Shown here: piece after piece, positions 8,713 to 17,823 of the stretch
Numbering within the stretch: position 1 is the stretch's first letter
Layout: every line of letters starts with the position of its first letter
Origin: Acidobacteriota bacterium
Lineage (GTDB): Bacteria; Acidobacteriota; Thermoanaerobaculia; UBA5066
Direction of reading: 5' to 3'
DNA length: 48,109 nucleotides
Assembly: GCA_039934255.1 (NCBI GenBank)
Contig: JBDTML010000099.1
Span: 1-48,109, forward strand
Translations under genes and position numbers: made by a program
The notes under the pieces: model-generated
The model's database searches: none
What the model saw: only the letters and a program-made list of their open reading frames with translations
What the model was told of the DNA's origin: nothing

Positions 8713-9143
8713 GTCTGCCGGGACGGAAGCGCGCGGGAACGCTCGTTCTCTATTTCGACGGGGCTTCGCGCGGGAACCCAGGCCCTTCGTCCTACGGCGT
8801 CTGGTCGCCCGAGGGCCTGAGGGACGCGAAGACGCTCGGGTCCACCACGAACAACGTCGCGGAGTGGCGCGGCTTTCTAGCGGCTCTCGATCTGGCGCTC
8901 GAAGCGGGCGCCGAGGACGTCGAGATCCGGGCCGACAGCCAGCTCGTCCTCCGGCAGTTCTCCGGCGAATACCGCATGAAGGCAACGCACCTCGCGGGCT
9001 TCCTCGAGGAGGCCCGCCGGAAGGCGCGCGGGATCCGGCGCCTCAGCGTCGTACACGTGCCGCGGGAGGACAACCACGAGGCCGACGCCCTCGCGAACGG
9101 GGCTCTCGACTCCGCTCGCGACGCCGCGCGCGGGCGGAAGTGA
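8709..9143 (+). CDS. rnhA: ribonuclease HI family protein
   Basis: DEDD active-site context: LYFDGASRGNPG, NNVAEWRG, IRADSQLV, REDNHEADALAN. GTG 8709 overlaps the upstream stop (GTGA). Confidence 0.88.
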   Translation: MSLPGRKRAGTLVLYFDGASRGNPGPSSYGVWSPEGLRDAKTLGSTTNNVAEWRGFLAALDLALEAGAEDVEIRADSQLVLRQFSGEYRMKATHLAGFLEEARRKARGIRRLSVVHVPREDNHEADALANGALDSARDAARGRK

Positions 9144-9161
9144 AGCGAGAGTGACGGGGCG

Positions 9162-9839
9162 GTGACGCGGGCCGGGGAGATCGCTGCGCGCCTCGCCGAC
9201 GTCAACCGGCGGATCGCAGCCGCGGCCACGCGCAGCGGGCGAGAGCCGGAAAGAGTCCGCCTCGTCGTCGTGGGGAAGACGTATCCGCTCGAGGATCTCC
9301 TCGCGGCATACGCAGCGGGAGCCCGCGCATTCGGTGAGAATCGCGTCCAGGAAGCGGAGGGAAAGTTTCCGGGCCTGCCGCCCGATGCCGCGCGTCACCT
9401 CATCGGCCCCATCCAGTCGAACAAGGTGAATCGCGCCGTGAAGGCGGCTTCGGTGATCCAGACGATCGACTCCGATGACCTGGCCCGGCACGTGGACCGC
9501 GCCGCCGCGGCCTGCGGAAAGCGCCTCGCCGTATTCGTCCAGGTGCGCCTCGGCGGGGAAGCCACGAAGTCGGGCGTCGAGCCAGGCGAAGCCGCCGCGC
9601 TCGTCGCGACCCTGCGGGCGATGCCCATGCTCGATGTCAGGGGTCTCATGACGGTTCCGCCGCCGGGCGAAACGCGTCCGCATTTCGCGAAGCTCCGGAA
9701 GCTCGGAGAGTCGCTCGGAGTTTCGGAGCTCTCGATGGGCATGAGCGACGACTTCGAGGTGGCGATCGAAGAAGGCGCGACGCTCGTGCGCGTCGGGTCG
9801 GCGATCTTCGGAGAGAGAGAAAAAAGAGAATTCTCTTAG
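9162..9839 (+). CDS. yggS: YggS-family pyridoxal-phosphate homeostasis protein
   Basis: [61 protein letters not shown]. Confidence 0.93.
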   Translation: MTRAGEIAARLADVNRRIAAAATRSGREPERVRLVVVGKTYPLEDLLAAYAAGARAFGENRVQEAEGKFPGLPPDAARHLIGPIQSNKVNRAVKAASVIQTIDSDDLARHVDRAAAACGKRLAVFVQVRLGGEATKSGVEPGEAAALVATLRAMPMLDVRGLMTVPPPGETRPHFAKLRKLGESLGVSELSMGMSDDFEVAIEEGATLVRVGSAIFGEREKREFS

Positions 9840-9944
9840 AAAGAAAATGGAAAGGCGGAGACGAATCTCGATCGCGAGTCCGCTAGGCTGCTTGACCTTC
9901 CAAGATAATCTTCTCTTCGTCCTTCGCTTGCTAATCTCCTGCCC

Positions 9945-10619
9945 ATGAACCGCCCGTCCGCGATGCGCTTCGCGACACCCCCGGGGTGGCGGCGCATTCC
10001 GCCCGTGACGCGCGGAGTCCTCGTCCTCGTCGCCGCCGGTTACCTCCTGACGCTCGCGGCGCCGGGCGTGGCGGTCTGGCTCGTTCTCGCCCCGGAAGCG
10101 GTGCTCGCGGGCCAGATCTGGCGGCTCCTGACCTACGCCGTGGTGAATGCGTCCATCGGAGCCGTCCTCGTCGATCTCCTCCTCGTGTGGCAGATCGGCA
10201 GTGAGATGGAGCCTCGGTGGGGCTCGAGGCGGTTTGGCGCCTTTCTCGCGGCATCGGCCCTTCTTGCGGGCGCGCTCGGGCTTCTCGTCGGCGGAGGAGC
10301 CGGCCTTGCGCCGACGGTTCTCGCGCTGATCTTCGCGTGGATGCTCGAGGGGCCATCGCAGAGTCTTCTCTTCTTCGGAGTGTTCCCGATGACGAGGCTC
10401 GGTTTTGCGTCACTGGCCTTCGTCCTCGTGGTCTTTTCCGAGCTCGAAGCAACGCGCTCCCTCTTTCGCCTCCTCTTCGTGCTCGGCGGTCTGCCGATCG
10501 CGTGGCTTTTTACACGCGGCTTCCGGGGCGGCGGACCCCGGTTCCCGCGGGTCCGGAACCCATTTCGGCGCCGGCGCTTCACGGTCGTCGACGCGGGGCG
10601 CGACTCCCGCGTCCATTGA
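9945..10619 (+). CDS. rhomboid-like polytopic membrane protein, apparently lacking the catalytic Ser/His
   Basis: The rhomboid signature WRLLTY and the segment QIGSEMEPRWGSRRF are present, with several hydrophobic helices. No GxSG motif and no conserved His motifs are visible by eye. Confidence 0.6.
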   Translation: MNRPSAMRFATPPGWRRIPPVTRGVLVLVAAGYLLTLAAPGVAVWLVLAPEAVLAGQIWRLLTYAVVNASIGAVLVDLLLVWQIGSEMEPRWGSRRFGAFLAASALLAGALGLLVGGGAGLAPTVLALIFAWMLEGPSQSLLFFGVFPMTRLGFASLAFVLVVFSELEATRSLFRLLFVLGGLPIAWLFTRGFRGGGPRFPRVRNPFRRRRFTVVDAGRDSRVH

Positions 10620-10649
10620 ATCGAGCCCAAAGGGTTCATAATCAAGGGC

Positions 10650-11165
10650 ATGAGACCTTCCATCAGCGCGCTCGAGATCCGCAAGCGGCAGTTTCCGAAG
10701 CGCTTTCGCGGCTTCGACCCGGCCGAAGTGACGAACTTTCTCGATGCCTTTGCCGAGGACCTCGAAGAGATGTCCCGCGAGCTGGACGAGCTCGAGCGCG
10801 AGAACGGGCGCCTCCGGGAAGAGAACGCCCGCCACCGCGACACGGAAGCGACTCTCAAGGAGACTCTTCTTCTCGCCCAGCGCTCGGCGGACAGCCTTCG
10901 CGCCACCAGCGAGAAGGACGCGGGCCGCATCGTGAACGAGGCCGAATCGAAGGCCGAGCGCATGGTGCAGCAGGGATTCGAGAGGATGGCCGACACCGAG
11001 AAGAAGATCCGCGAGCTCCGGATGGAGAGACGGAATTTCCAACTGAAGCTCCAGAGCACGATCGACCTCTTCCAGCAGGTCCTCAACTTCGACAAGGAGG
11101 AGGACGAGATGGACAGCTCCCTCTCGATCCACCGGCCGAAGAAGCGCGAGGGAGAGACGGCCTGA
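10650..11165 (+). CDS. divIVA: DivIVA-domain cell-division/polarity protein
   Basis: N-terminal LEIRKRQFPKRFRGFDPAEVTNFLDAFAEDLE followed by a coiled coil (ELDELERENGRLREENARHRDTEATLKETLLLAQ). Confidence 0.9.
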   Translation: MRPSISALEIRKRQFPKRFRGFDPAEVTNFLDAFAEDLEEMSRELDELERENGRLREENARHRDTEATLKETLLLAQRSADSLRATSEKDAGRIVNEAESKAERMVQQGFERMADTEKKIRELRMERRNFQLKLQSTIDLFQQVLNFDKEEDEMDSSLSIHRPKKREGETA

Positions 11166-12454
11166 ACCGGCTGTCCATCCGGCATCTCGCCGAGCTGGCG
11201 ACGCCGGAGGGATCTTCGGCCCGCGCCGGCGCCGCCCAAGGCGCTCTTCGCCGGGTCCGGGACGCCGCGCTCCTCGCGGAGGACGGGTGGATCGTCTTCG
11301 CGGGGCCGGATGCCGACTTCGTAAGGGCTTACGGCGAGTCTCCGGCGCGCGAGGAGACCGTTCTCGACGGCAGGGGCAAGACGGCCGTCCCCGGGTTCGT
11401 CGACGCGCACACGCACCTCCCGTGGGACGGCTTCCGCGAGGACGAGTTCAACCGGCGTCTGAAGGGGGAAACCTACGCGTCGATCGCGGCGTCGGGAGGC
11501 GGGATCGTCGCAACCGTCGCCGCGACACGCGCGGCCACCGAGGAGACGCTTGCCCGCAACGTGCGTGCGCGTCTCGACCGGATGCTCGTGCACGGGACGA
11601 CGTTCTGCGAAGCCAAGACGGGCTACGGGCTGGACCTCCCGAACGAAAGCAAGCAATTGCGCGCGCTCCTCGCGGGCGCCAAGGGGCATCCGGTCGGCGT
11701 GGCGCCGACGGCGCTGCCCGCGCACGAGCTGCCGCCCGAACGGCGCGGGTCGGACGCGCTCCGAAGGCGCTACGTCGACGAGTGCCGCAACGAGATTCTC
11801 CCCGCGCTCGCGGGGCTCGGCGCCCGGTTCGTGGACGTCTTCTGCGAGGAGGGCGTCTTCTCGCTCGAGGAATCGGCCGCGATCCTCGAGGCGGGGAAGT
11901 CCCTCGGCCTCGTCCCACGCGTTCACGCCGACGAGCTGACGCCGCTCGGCGGCGCGTCGCTGGCGGCGCGGATGGGCGCCGCCTCCGCCGACCATCTTCT
12001 CTATGCGACGGATGCGGGAATCGAAGACATGGCGAGGGCCGGCGTCGTCGCGACGCTGCTGCCCGGCACGTCGGTGTTCCTCCGGATGAACCGCTACGCC
12101 CCGGCGCGCAAGATGATCGCGGCCGGCGTCCCCGTCGCCCTCGGGACGGACTGCAACCCCGGGTCGTCGTACACGGAGTCACTCCCGGCGGTCGCATTCC
12201 TCGCCTCCGTGGGGATGGGCCTGACGGTCGAGGAGACGCTGACGGCGATGACGCTGAACGCGGCGGCTTCGCTCGGCGAGGGCGCCCGCCGCGGAACACT
12301 CGAACCGGCAAAACGCGCCGATGTCGTTCTCCTCGACGCGCCCGCCCTCGAGCATCTCGTTTATCACTGGGGTGTCAGCCTCGTCTCGGGCGTGCTGGTC
12401 GGGGGAGAGCCCGTGGCCTTCCAGGGCAAGCTGCTACGCTCGGGCGCGTCATGA
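11162..12454 (+). CDS. hutI: imidazolonepropionase (start codon uncertain, no canonical start available)
   Basis: PGFVDAHTHLPW metal site, SIAASGGGIVATV, EAKTGYGL, HADEL, LGTDCNPGS. The N-terminus aligns with HutI from about LSIRHLAELATP. The only nearby candidate starts are CTG 11162, CTG 11171 and ATC 11177. Confidence 0.85.
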   Translation: MNRLSIRHLAELATPEGSSARAGAAQGALRRVRDAALLAEDGWIVFAGPDADFVRAYGESPAREETVLDGRGKTAVPGFVDAHTHLPWDGFREDEFNRRLKGETYASIAASGGGIVATVAATRAATEETLARNVRARLDRMLVHGTTFCEAKTGYGLDLPNESKQLRALLAGAKGHPVGVAPTALPAHELPPERRGSDALRRRYVDECRNEILPALAGLGARFVDVFCEEGVFSLEESAAILEAGKSLGLVPRVHADELTPLGGASLAARMGAASADHLLYATDAGIEDMARAGVVATLLPGTSVFLRMNRYAPARKMIAAGVPVALGTDCNPGSSYTESLPAVAFLASVGMGLTVEETLTAMTLNAAASLGEGARRGTLEPAKRADVVLLDAPALEHLVYHWGVSLVSGVLVGGEPVAFQGKLLRSGAS

Positions 12455-13086
12455 CGCTGAGCGCTCTTTCGATCTCGGATTTTGCCAGGTCCCTGGCGTC
12501 TGACGCGCCCGCTCCGGGCGGCGGCTCGGCTGCGGCTGCGGCCGGCGCGTTCGGCGCTTCTCTTCTCGAAATGGTCGTCGGCCTGACGCTTGGCAAGGAG
12601 AAGTACCGCGCGGTGTGGGGCGACCTCGAACCGCTTTCCGATCGGTTGCGCGAAGCCCGCCGGCGGCTGCTCGAGCTTGTGGACGAAGATACGAAGGCTT
12701 ACGACGCCGTCGTGGCCGCTCGCCGGCTCCCGAAGGAGACCGATGGAGAAAAGGCGGAGCGTCAACGCGCGATCGACGCGGCGAACGTCGTGGCCACCAC
12801 GGTTCCGATGCAGACGGCCTTCTTCGCGCACGAGAGTCTCAGGGCCGCGCCCCTCGTGTTCGAGAAGGGCAATCCGAACGCGGCGTCCGACGCGTGGGTC
12901 GCCGCTCTGCTCCTCCACGGCGCCGCACTCGGCGCGCTCGCGAACGTGCGGATCAACATCCCGGGCGTGTCGGACCCGGAGCTTTCGCGCGGTTTCATCG
13001 AGGATGCCGCCGATATCGAGAAGAAGGCCGGCGCGGCATTCGAAAAGACGCGCGCGCTGGCCCGAGCCCGCGGCCTCGCCGCGTGA
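12451..13086 (+). CDS. cyclodeaminase/cyclohydrolase family protein (formiminotransferase-cyclodeaminase C-domain-like)
   Basis: MTLSALSISDFARSLASDAPAPGGGSAAAAAGAFGASLLEMVVGLT and DTKAYDAVVAARRLPKETDGEKAERQRAIDAA are typical of FTCD_C. ATG 12451 overlaps the hutI stop (ATGA). Confidence 0.82.
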   Translation: MTLSALSISDFARSLASDAPAPGGGSAAAAAGAFGASLLEMVVGLTLGKEKYRAVWGDLEPLSDRLREARRRLLELVDEDTKAYDAVVAARRLPKETDGEKAERQRAIDAANVVATTVPMQTAFFAHESLRAAPLVFEKGNPNAASDAWVAALLLHGAALGALANVRINIPGVSDPELSRGFIEDAADIEKKAGAAFEKTRALARARGLAA

Positions 13087-14060
13087 GCGTGCGGGCCCGA
13101 GGGGCGGCGGGCGCCGCGCTTCTCCTCGCGGCTCTCTTGTGTCACACCGCTGCGTCCGCGTCCCCGGTCGATGTGGCGGAGCCTGCGTCGACACCTTCGC
13201 CACCGCCGAAGCTGCCGCGTCTCTGGGATTCGGAGACGACGGGGATAACGGCGAGCGTCCTCGTCGGATTGCCGGTCCTCGGGTACTTCACGTGGTGGCG
13301 GGTGGACAGCCGCTCGACGTTCGGGTTCGCGAACGAACGCTGGTTCCAAGGTGATACGTACGCGGGCGGTGCCGACAAGGCATCCCACATCTTCTTCGGG
13401 TATTTCGGGACGCAGATGCTGCAGGCCGCGTACAGCAGCGTCGGGAAGACGCCTACCCAGGCCCGCGGGCTCGCCCTCGGCGTCGCCACACTCGCGGGGG
13501 CGTTCGTCGAGGTCGGCGACGGCTACTCGAAGTACGGCTTCGCGTGGGAGGACATCGCGGCGAACACGATCGGCTCCCTCGTCGCGACGGGAATCGACGC
13601 GTGGGGCCTGAGAGACACTGTCGGCCTCCGGTTCGGGTACGTCAAGGTTCTCGAGGTCGATGCGTGCTGCCGGTTCGGCGGCTACGGAGACGACTACTCG
13701 AAGGAGATCTACTCTCTGGACCTCAAGCTCGCAGGGATTCTGCCGCGCGTGGGCGTCAAACCGGGGCCCGGGAGGTTCTTTCTCCTCTCGCTCACCTACG
13801 GCTCGAAGGGTTACCGGTATTCGGCCGCGCCCTTGCGCGAGCGCAACGTCGGACTCGAGCTCGGCCTCAACCTGCGCGAGATTCTCGTCGCGGCCGGCGT
13901 CTCCGAGAAACCATTGTGGGGAAAGGTCCTTCTCGCGATCGCCACCTATTTCCGGTTTCCGTACACGTCGTTCGGATGGCACTACGACCTGAACCACGGG
14001 ACGTGGAGCGGCCCCGACACCGGCGACCGCTTCGATCCCGGCTCGATCATCTACGACTGA
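13083..14060 (+). CDS. exported protein of unknown function (possibly DUF2279/YfiM-like, beta-rich C-terminus)
   Basis: Signal-like ARGAAGAALLLAALLCHTAASASP, an ADKASHIFFGY motif, and alternating hydrophobic strands. GTG 13083 overlaps the upstream stop (GTGA). Coding-like composition. Confidence 0.55.
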   Translation: MSVRARGAAGAALLLAALLCHTAASASPVDVAEPASTPSPPPKLPRLWDSETTGITASVLVGLPVLGYFTWWRVDSRSTFGFANERWFQGDTYAGGADKASHIFFGYFGTQMLQAAYSSVGKTPTQARGLALGVATLAGAFVEVGDGYSKYGFAWEDIAANTIGSLVATGIDAWGLRDTVGLRFGYVKVLEVDACCRFGGYGDDYSKEIYSLDLKLAGILPRVGVKPGPGRFFLLSLTYGSKGYRYSAAPLRERNVGLELGLNLREILVAAGVSEKPLWGKVLLAIATYFRFPYTSFGWHYDLNHGTWSGPDTGDRFDPGSIIYD

Positions 14061-14092
14061 AGCTCGGCCGGGCGCGGATAGACTCGCGGCCG

Positions 14093-16876
14093 ATGGCGAC
14101 TCCCGAGGCAACCCCGCTTCCGACGCTCGCGCTTCTCGACGCGTCGAACTATCTCTATCGCGCGTTTTACGCGATCCGCGGGCTCACGGGCCCCGGCGGC
14201 CGGCCGACGAACGCCGTCTTCGGTTTCCTGAACATGTGGCGGAAATATCGCGAGACGCGGAAGCCCGAAGCCGTCGCCGTGTGCTTCGACCGGTACGAGA
14301 AGACGTTCCGCGAAGAGCTGGATGCGAGCTACAAGGCCCAGCGGCAGGCGATGCCGGACGATCTCGTTCCGCAGATCGAGGATGCCAAGAGGGCCTGCCG
14401 GCTTCTCGGACTCGCCGTGGTCGAGGAAGCGGGCTACGAGGCGGACGACCTCATCGGCTCGATCGCGATAGCGGCTTCGATGGCGGGCATGCGCGTCGAG
14501 GTCTGCTCGGCAGACAAGGACCTCTTCCAGCTCGTCAAGGACCCCACCGTCGTCGTCTGGCACCCCGTGCAGGAGCGTCTCCTCGACGAGAAGGGTGTTC
14601 TCGAGTTCTTCGGTGTCAAACCGTCGCAGGTCATCGACGTCCTCGCGCTCATGGGCGACTCGTCGGACAACATCCCGGGCATCCGGGGAATCGGAGAGAA
14701 GACGGCGAAGGAGCTCATCACGACGTTCGGGTCGCTGGAGGGCGTCTACGCGCGGCTCGACGAAGTGAAGGGCAAGCGCAAGGAGACGCTCGCGAACGGG
14801 CGCGAGGACGCGCTCCGTTCCCGGACGCTCGCGACGGTGCGCTGCGACCGGCCGCTGCCCGCGGCCCCGGGAACCCTACTCGAGCATTTCCGCATCCGCC
14901 CGCTCGCGGACGAAGCCACGGCGCCGCTCGCGGCGTTCTACGAGGAGATGGGGTTTGCGAAGCTCCGGAAGGAACTCATGGACTCGCGTCCGGGCGATCC
15001 CGCGAAGGCGATGCCGGCGGCGCCTGCGGGCTCAACGGCCTCGTCCACGCTTTCCCTCTTCGACGAGGAGGCCGTGCCGGCGGGCGCGGGAGACAGCGCC
15101 CGTTGGGAATCGTCGCCGTCGGGCCTCGGGGCGCTCGAGGCGTCCGCGCGGAAGGCGGGCCGCGCCGCCGTGCACGTGGAGTCCGGTCCCGGAGCGCCCT
15201 GGCCGGCGCCGCCGCTCGCGGCCGTCGTGGCCATCCCGGGTGGCGAGACGGTGGCGTTTGCCCTTGGTTTCTCTCCCGACGAGCCTGGGACGCGAACGCT
15301 CGCGGCCCTCTTCAAGGACGTGCCTCTCGTGGCCCACGACGCAAAGCGGCTCTTTCTGGCGGCGGACGCGCTTGGAATCGCTCCTCCGGCGCGCTTCGTG
15401 GATTCGATGCTGGCGAGCTACGTCGTCTCGCCGGGTCTTCACGCGCACGATCTCGCGGGGGACGCGCGGGGCATCCTCAACCTCCCGCCGGAGGCCCTGC
15501 CTCCCCTGAAGGACCTCGCCGGCGGAGCGCCCGTCACGCGCGACCTCCTAGCGTCGGAGGCCGGACGGAAGTGGCTCTGTCCGCGGGCGCGCCTCCCCCT
15601 CGCGCTCCTCGACACTCTCGCGCCGCGCCTCGCCGAAGGCTCGGCTCTCCGGCGCGTCCTCGACGACATCGAGCTGCCGTTGGTCGCCGTCCTGGCGCGC
15701 ATGGAGATCGCAGGCGTCGCGGTCGACCGCGGCGTCCTCGCCGAGATGTCGAAGGAATTCGACGGGCGGCTCGCCGCGCTCGAAGTGCAGATCCACGAAG
15801 CGGCCGGCGAGCCCTTCAACATCGGGTCGCCCGCGCAGCTCGGGCGGATCCTGTTCGAGAAGCTGGCGTATCCCGCCGTGAAGAAGACGGCGAAGACGAA
15901 ATCCTGGGCGACCGATTCCGACGTGCTCGAGGAGCTGGCCGCGCTCTCCACGGGTCCCGTGCCGGGACTGGTCCTCGAGTGGCGCGAGATCTCGAAGCTG
16001 AAGGGCACCTACGTGGACGCGCTCCCTCTGGCCATCGCGGCCGACGGACGCATCCACACGCGCTACGACCAGGCGGTGGCCGCGACGGGGCGACTCTCCT
16101 CGAACGCGCCGAACCTCCAGAACATCCCCGTGCGGACCGAAGCCGGCCGCGCGATCCGCCGGGCCTTCGTTGCACCGCCCGGCCGGGTCCTCGTGGCCGC
16201 GGACTACTCCCAGATCGAGCTTCGCCTTCTCGCGCACCTGTCGGGGGACGAGGCGCTCCTCGAGACGTTCCGGCGCGGGGAGGACATCCACCGGGCGACC
16301 GCCGCGAAGATATTCGGCCTGGCTCCCGAGGCCGTTACCCAGGATCAGCGCCGAGGAGCCAAGACGATCAACTTCGGCGTGCTCTACGGCATGGGTCCGT
16401 TCGCGCTCGCGACCCAGCTCGGTGTCCCGCGCGCCGAAGCCAAGGAGTTCATCGCCGCGTATTTCGAGAGGTTCCCGAGAATTCGCGCGTGTCTCGACTC
16501 CATTCTCGAGAAGGCGCGCGCGACCGGCGGCACGGAGACGATCTTCGGGCGCGTGCGGCCGATCCCCGGCCTCCACGACCGGAATCACAACGTGCGGGCG
16601 AACGCCGAGCGGATGGCGATGAACGCCCCGTTCCAGGGCGCCGCCGCCGATCTCATCAAGATCGCGATGCTCCGGCTCGACTCGGCTCTCGTCCGCGAGA
16701 TCCCGGAGGCGCGCCTGCTTCTGCAGGTACACGACGAGCTCGTTCTCGAGTGTCCGGAGGCCCTCGCGGGAAAGGCGGCGTCCCTCGCGAAGGCGACGAT
16801 GGAGGGCGCGGCGACGCTCTCGGTCCCCCTCACCGTGGAGGTCGGCGAGGGCCGGAACTGGGCGCAGGCGAAGTGA
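14093..16876 (+). CDS. polA: DNA polymerase I
   Basis: 5' nuclease LLDASNYLYRAFYA and GDSSDNIPGIRGIGEKTA. Pol motifs DYSQIELRLLAH, RRGAKTINFGVLYGM and QVHDELVLE. ATG 14093 is the first start after the upstream stop. Confidence 0.96.
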   Translation: MATPEATPLPTLALLDASNYLYRAFYAIRGLTGPGGRPTNAVFGFLNMWRKYRETRKPEAVAVCFDRYEKTFREELDASYKAQRQAMPDDLVPQIEDAKRACRLLGLAVVEEAGYEADDLIGSIAIAASMAGMRVEVCSADKDLFQLVKDPTVVVWHPVQERLLDEKGVLEFFGVKPSQVIDVLALMGDSSDNIPGIRGIGEKTAKELITTFGSLEGVYARLDEVKGKRKETLANGREDALRSRTLATVRCDRPLPAAPGTLLEHFRIRPLADEATAPLAAFYEEMGFAKLRKELMDSRPGDPAKAMPAAPAGSTASSTLSLFDEEAVPAGAGDSARWESSPSGLGALEASARKAGRAAVHVESGPGAPWPAPPLAAVVAIPGGETVAFALGFSPDEPGTRTLAALFKDVPLVAHDAKRLFLAADALGIAPPARFVDSMLASYVVSPGLHAHDLAGDARGILNLPPEALPPLKDLAGGAPVTRDLLASEAGRKWLCPRARLPLALLDTLAPRLAEGSALRRVLDDIELPLVAVLARMEIAGVAVDRGVLAEMSKEFDGRLAALEVQIHEAAGEPFNIGSPAQLGRILFEKLAYPAVKKTAKTKSWATDSDVLEELAALSTGPVPGLVLEWREISKLKGTYVDALPLAIAADGRIHTRYDQAVAATGRLSSNAPNLQNIPVRTEAGRAIRRAFVAPPGRVLVAADYSQIELRLLAHLSGDEALLETFRRGEDIHRATAAKIFGLAPEAVTQDQRRGAKTINFGVLYGMGPFALATQLGVPRAEAKEFIAAYFERFPRIRACLDSILEKARATGGTETIFGRVRPIPGLHDRNHNVRANAERMAMNAPFQGAAADLIKIAMLRLDSALVREIPEARLLLQVHDELVLECPEALAGKAASLAKATMEGAATLSVPLTVEVGEGRNWAQAK

Positions 16877-16926
16877 AAGGAAGCCGCTGGCTCCCATGCG
16901 CCGCGGCTCCCGTTAGAATCGTCCGG

Positions 16927-17820
16927 ATGCGCCCCGCCCTTTTCGTCGTCGCCGCGGCGGTTGCCTGCGCGTACTCTGCGGGGCCGGCGGGAAGCGCGTT
17001 GGCCCAGACGCCCGCCCCGCGGCCCGTCGAGACGCTGCCCGATGTCGCGCGGCTCACTCCCGCCGAGGTGGCGTTCATCCACCCGCTCACCCGCCCGCTC
17101 GACGACGCGCCGAAACTCGGCGAACGCACGAACCCGCTCGATCTCGTGACGCGACAGCCGCTCTTCTTCACGGTGCACCTCCTCGAGACCGGGAAGGTGG
17201 CCGAGGCTTTTGTCGTCGAGCCGCCGCTGAAGGCGTTCGCGACGCCCCTTCCTACTCTCGTGCCACGCTGGCGGTTCACGCCCGCGAAGAAGGGTGGCCA
17301 GCCGGTTGCCACGTGGATGACGTACAGCATCGAGCTCGCCGTCTCGCTCGAGAAGTCGGTCTTCACGGCCTTCACTCTCGAGCCGGTGCGCAAGGACGAC
17401 CCGCTCGTCGCCGTGGTCCCCGACGCGACCGGTGACGGGTGGATGGCCCGCTATGGGCGCGAGATCGACCCGAAAGAGGCGTCAGCGGTCTCGATCGAGG
17501 ACGTCGACGTCCTCCCCACGCCGGAGAAGACTCCGTGGAGCCTCGACGGGGCGCGGACGCGGGCCCACGTGACCGCGCTCATCGAGGTTTCCGAACAGGG
17601 CACGGTCAGCCGTCTTCTTCCGACGGGCGAGACGGAACCGCTCCTCGGCCTCTGGCTGAAGCAATACACCGCGAAGTGGCGCTTCACGCCGGCCATGGCG
17701 GGCGGCCGCGCGGTCTCGTGCTGGATGGTGCTCGACGCCACGCTCGATTACACGCTCGACTCGGCGAAGAAGAAGAGCGAGCGCGTGATCAAGAAGAACC
17801 TGCGGGCTGTTCCGAAATAG
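16927..17820 (+). CDS. secreted protein with two TonB-C-terminal-like modules
   Basis: Signal peptide MRPALFVVAAAVACAYSAGPAGSALAQ. Two copies of the TonB_C-type motif: VPRWRFTPAKKGGQPVATWM and AKWRFTPAMAGGRAVSCWM. Confidence 0.65.
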   Translation: MRPALFVVAAAVACAYSAGPAGSALAQTPAPRPVETLPDVARLTPAEVAFIHPLTRPLDDAPKLGERTNPLDLVTRQPLFFTVHLLETGKVAEAFVVEPPLKAFATPLPTLVPRWRFTPAKKGGQPVATWMTYSIELAVSLEKSVFTAFTLEPVRKDDPLVAVVPDATGDGWMARYGREIDPKEASAVSIEDVDVLPTPEKTPWSLDGARTRAHVTALIEVSEQGTVSRLLPTGETEPLLGLWLKQYTAKWRFTPAMAGGRAVSCWMVLDATLDYTLDSAKKKSERVIKKNLRAVPK

Positions 17821-17823
17821 TCC

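Noticed and set aside
9892-9909. TTGACC and GATAAT hexamers upstream of the rhomboid-like gene
   Set aside because: They are only 6 nt apart, which is incompatible with a sigma70 -35/-10 pair.
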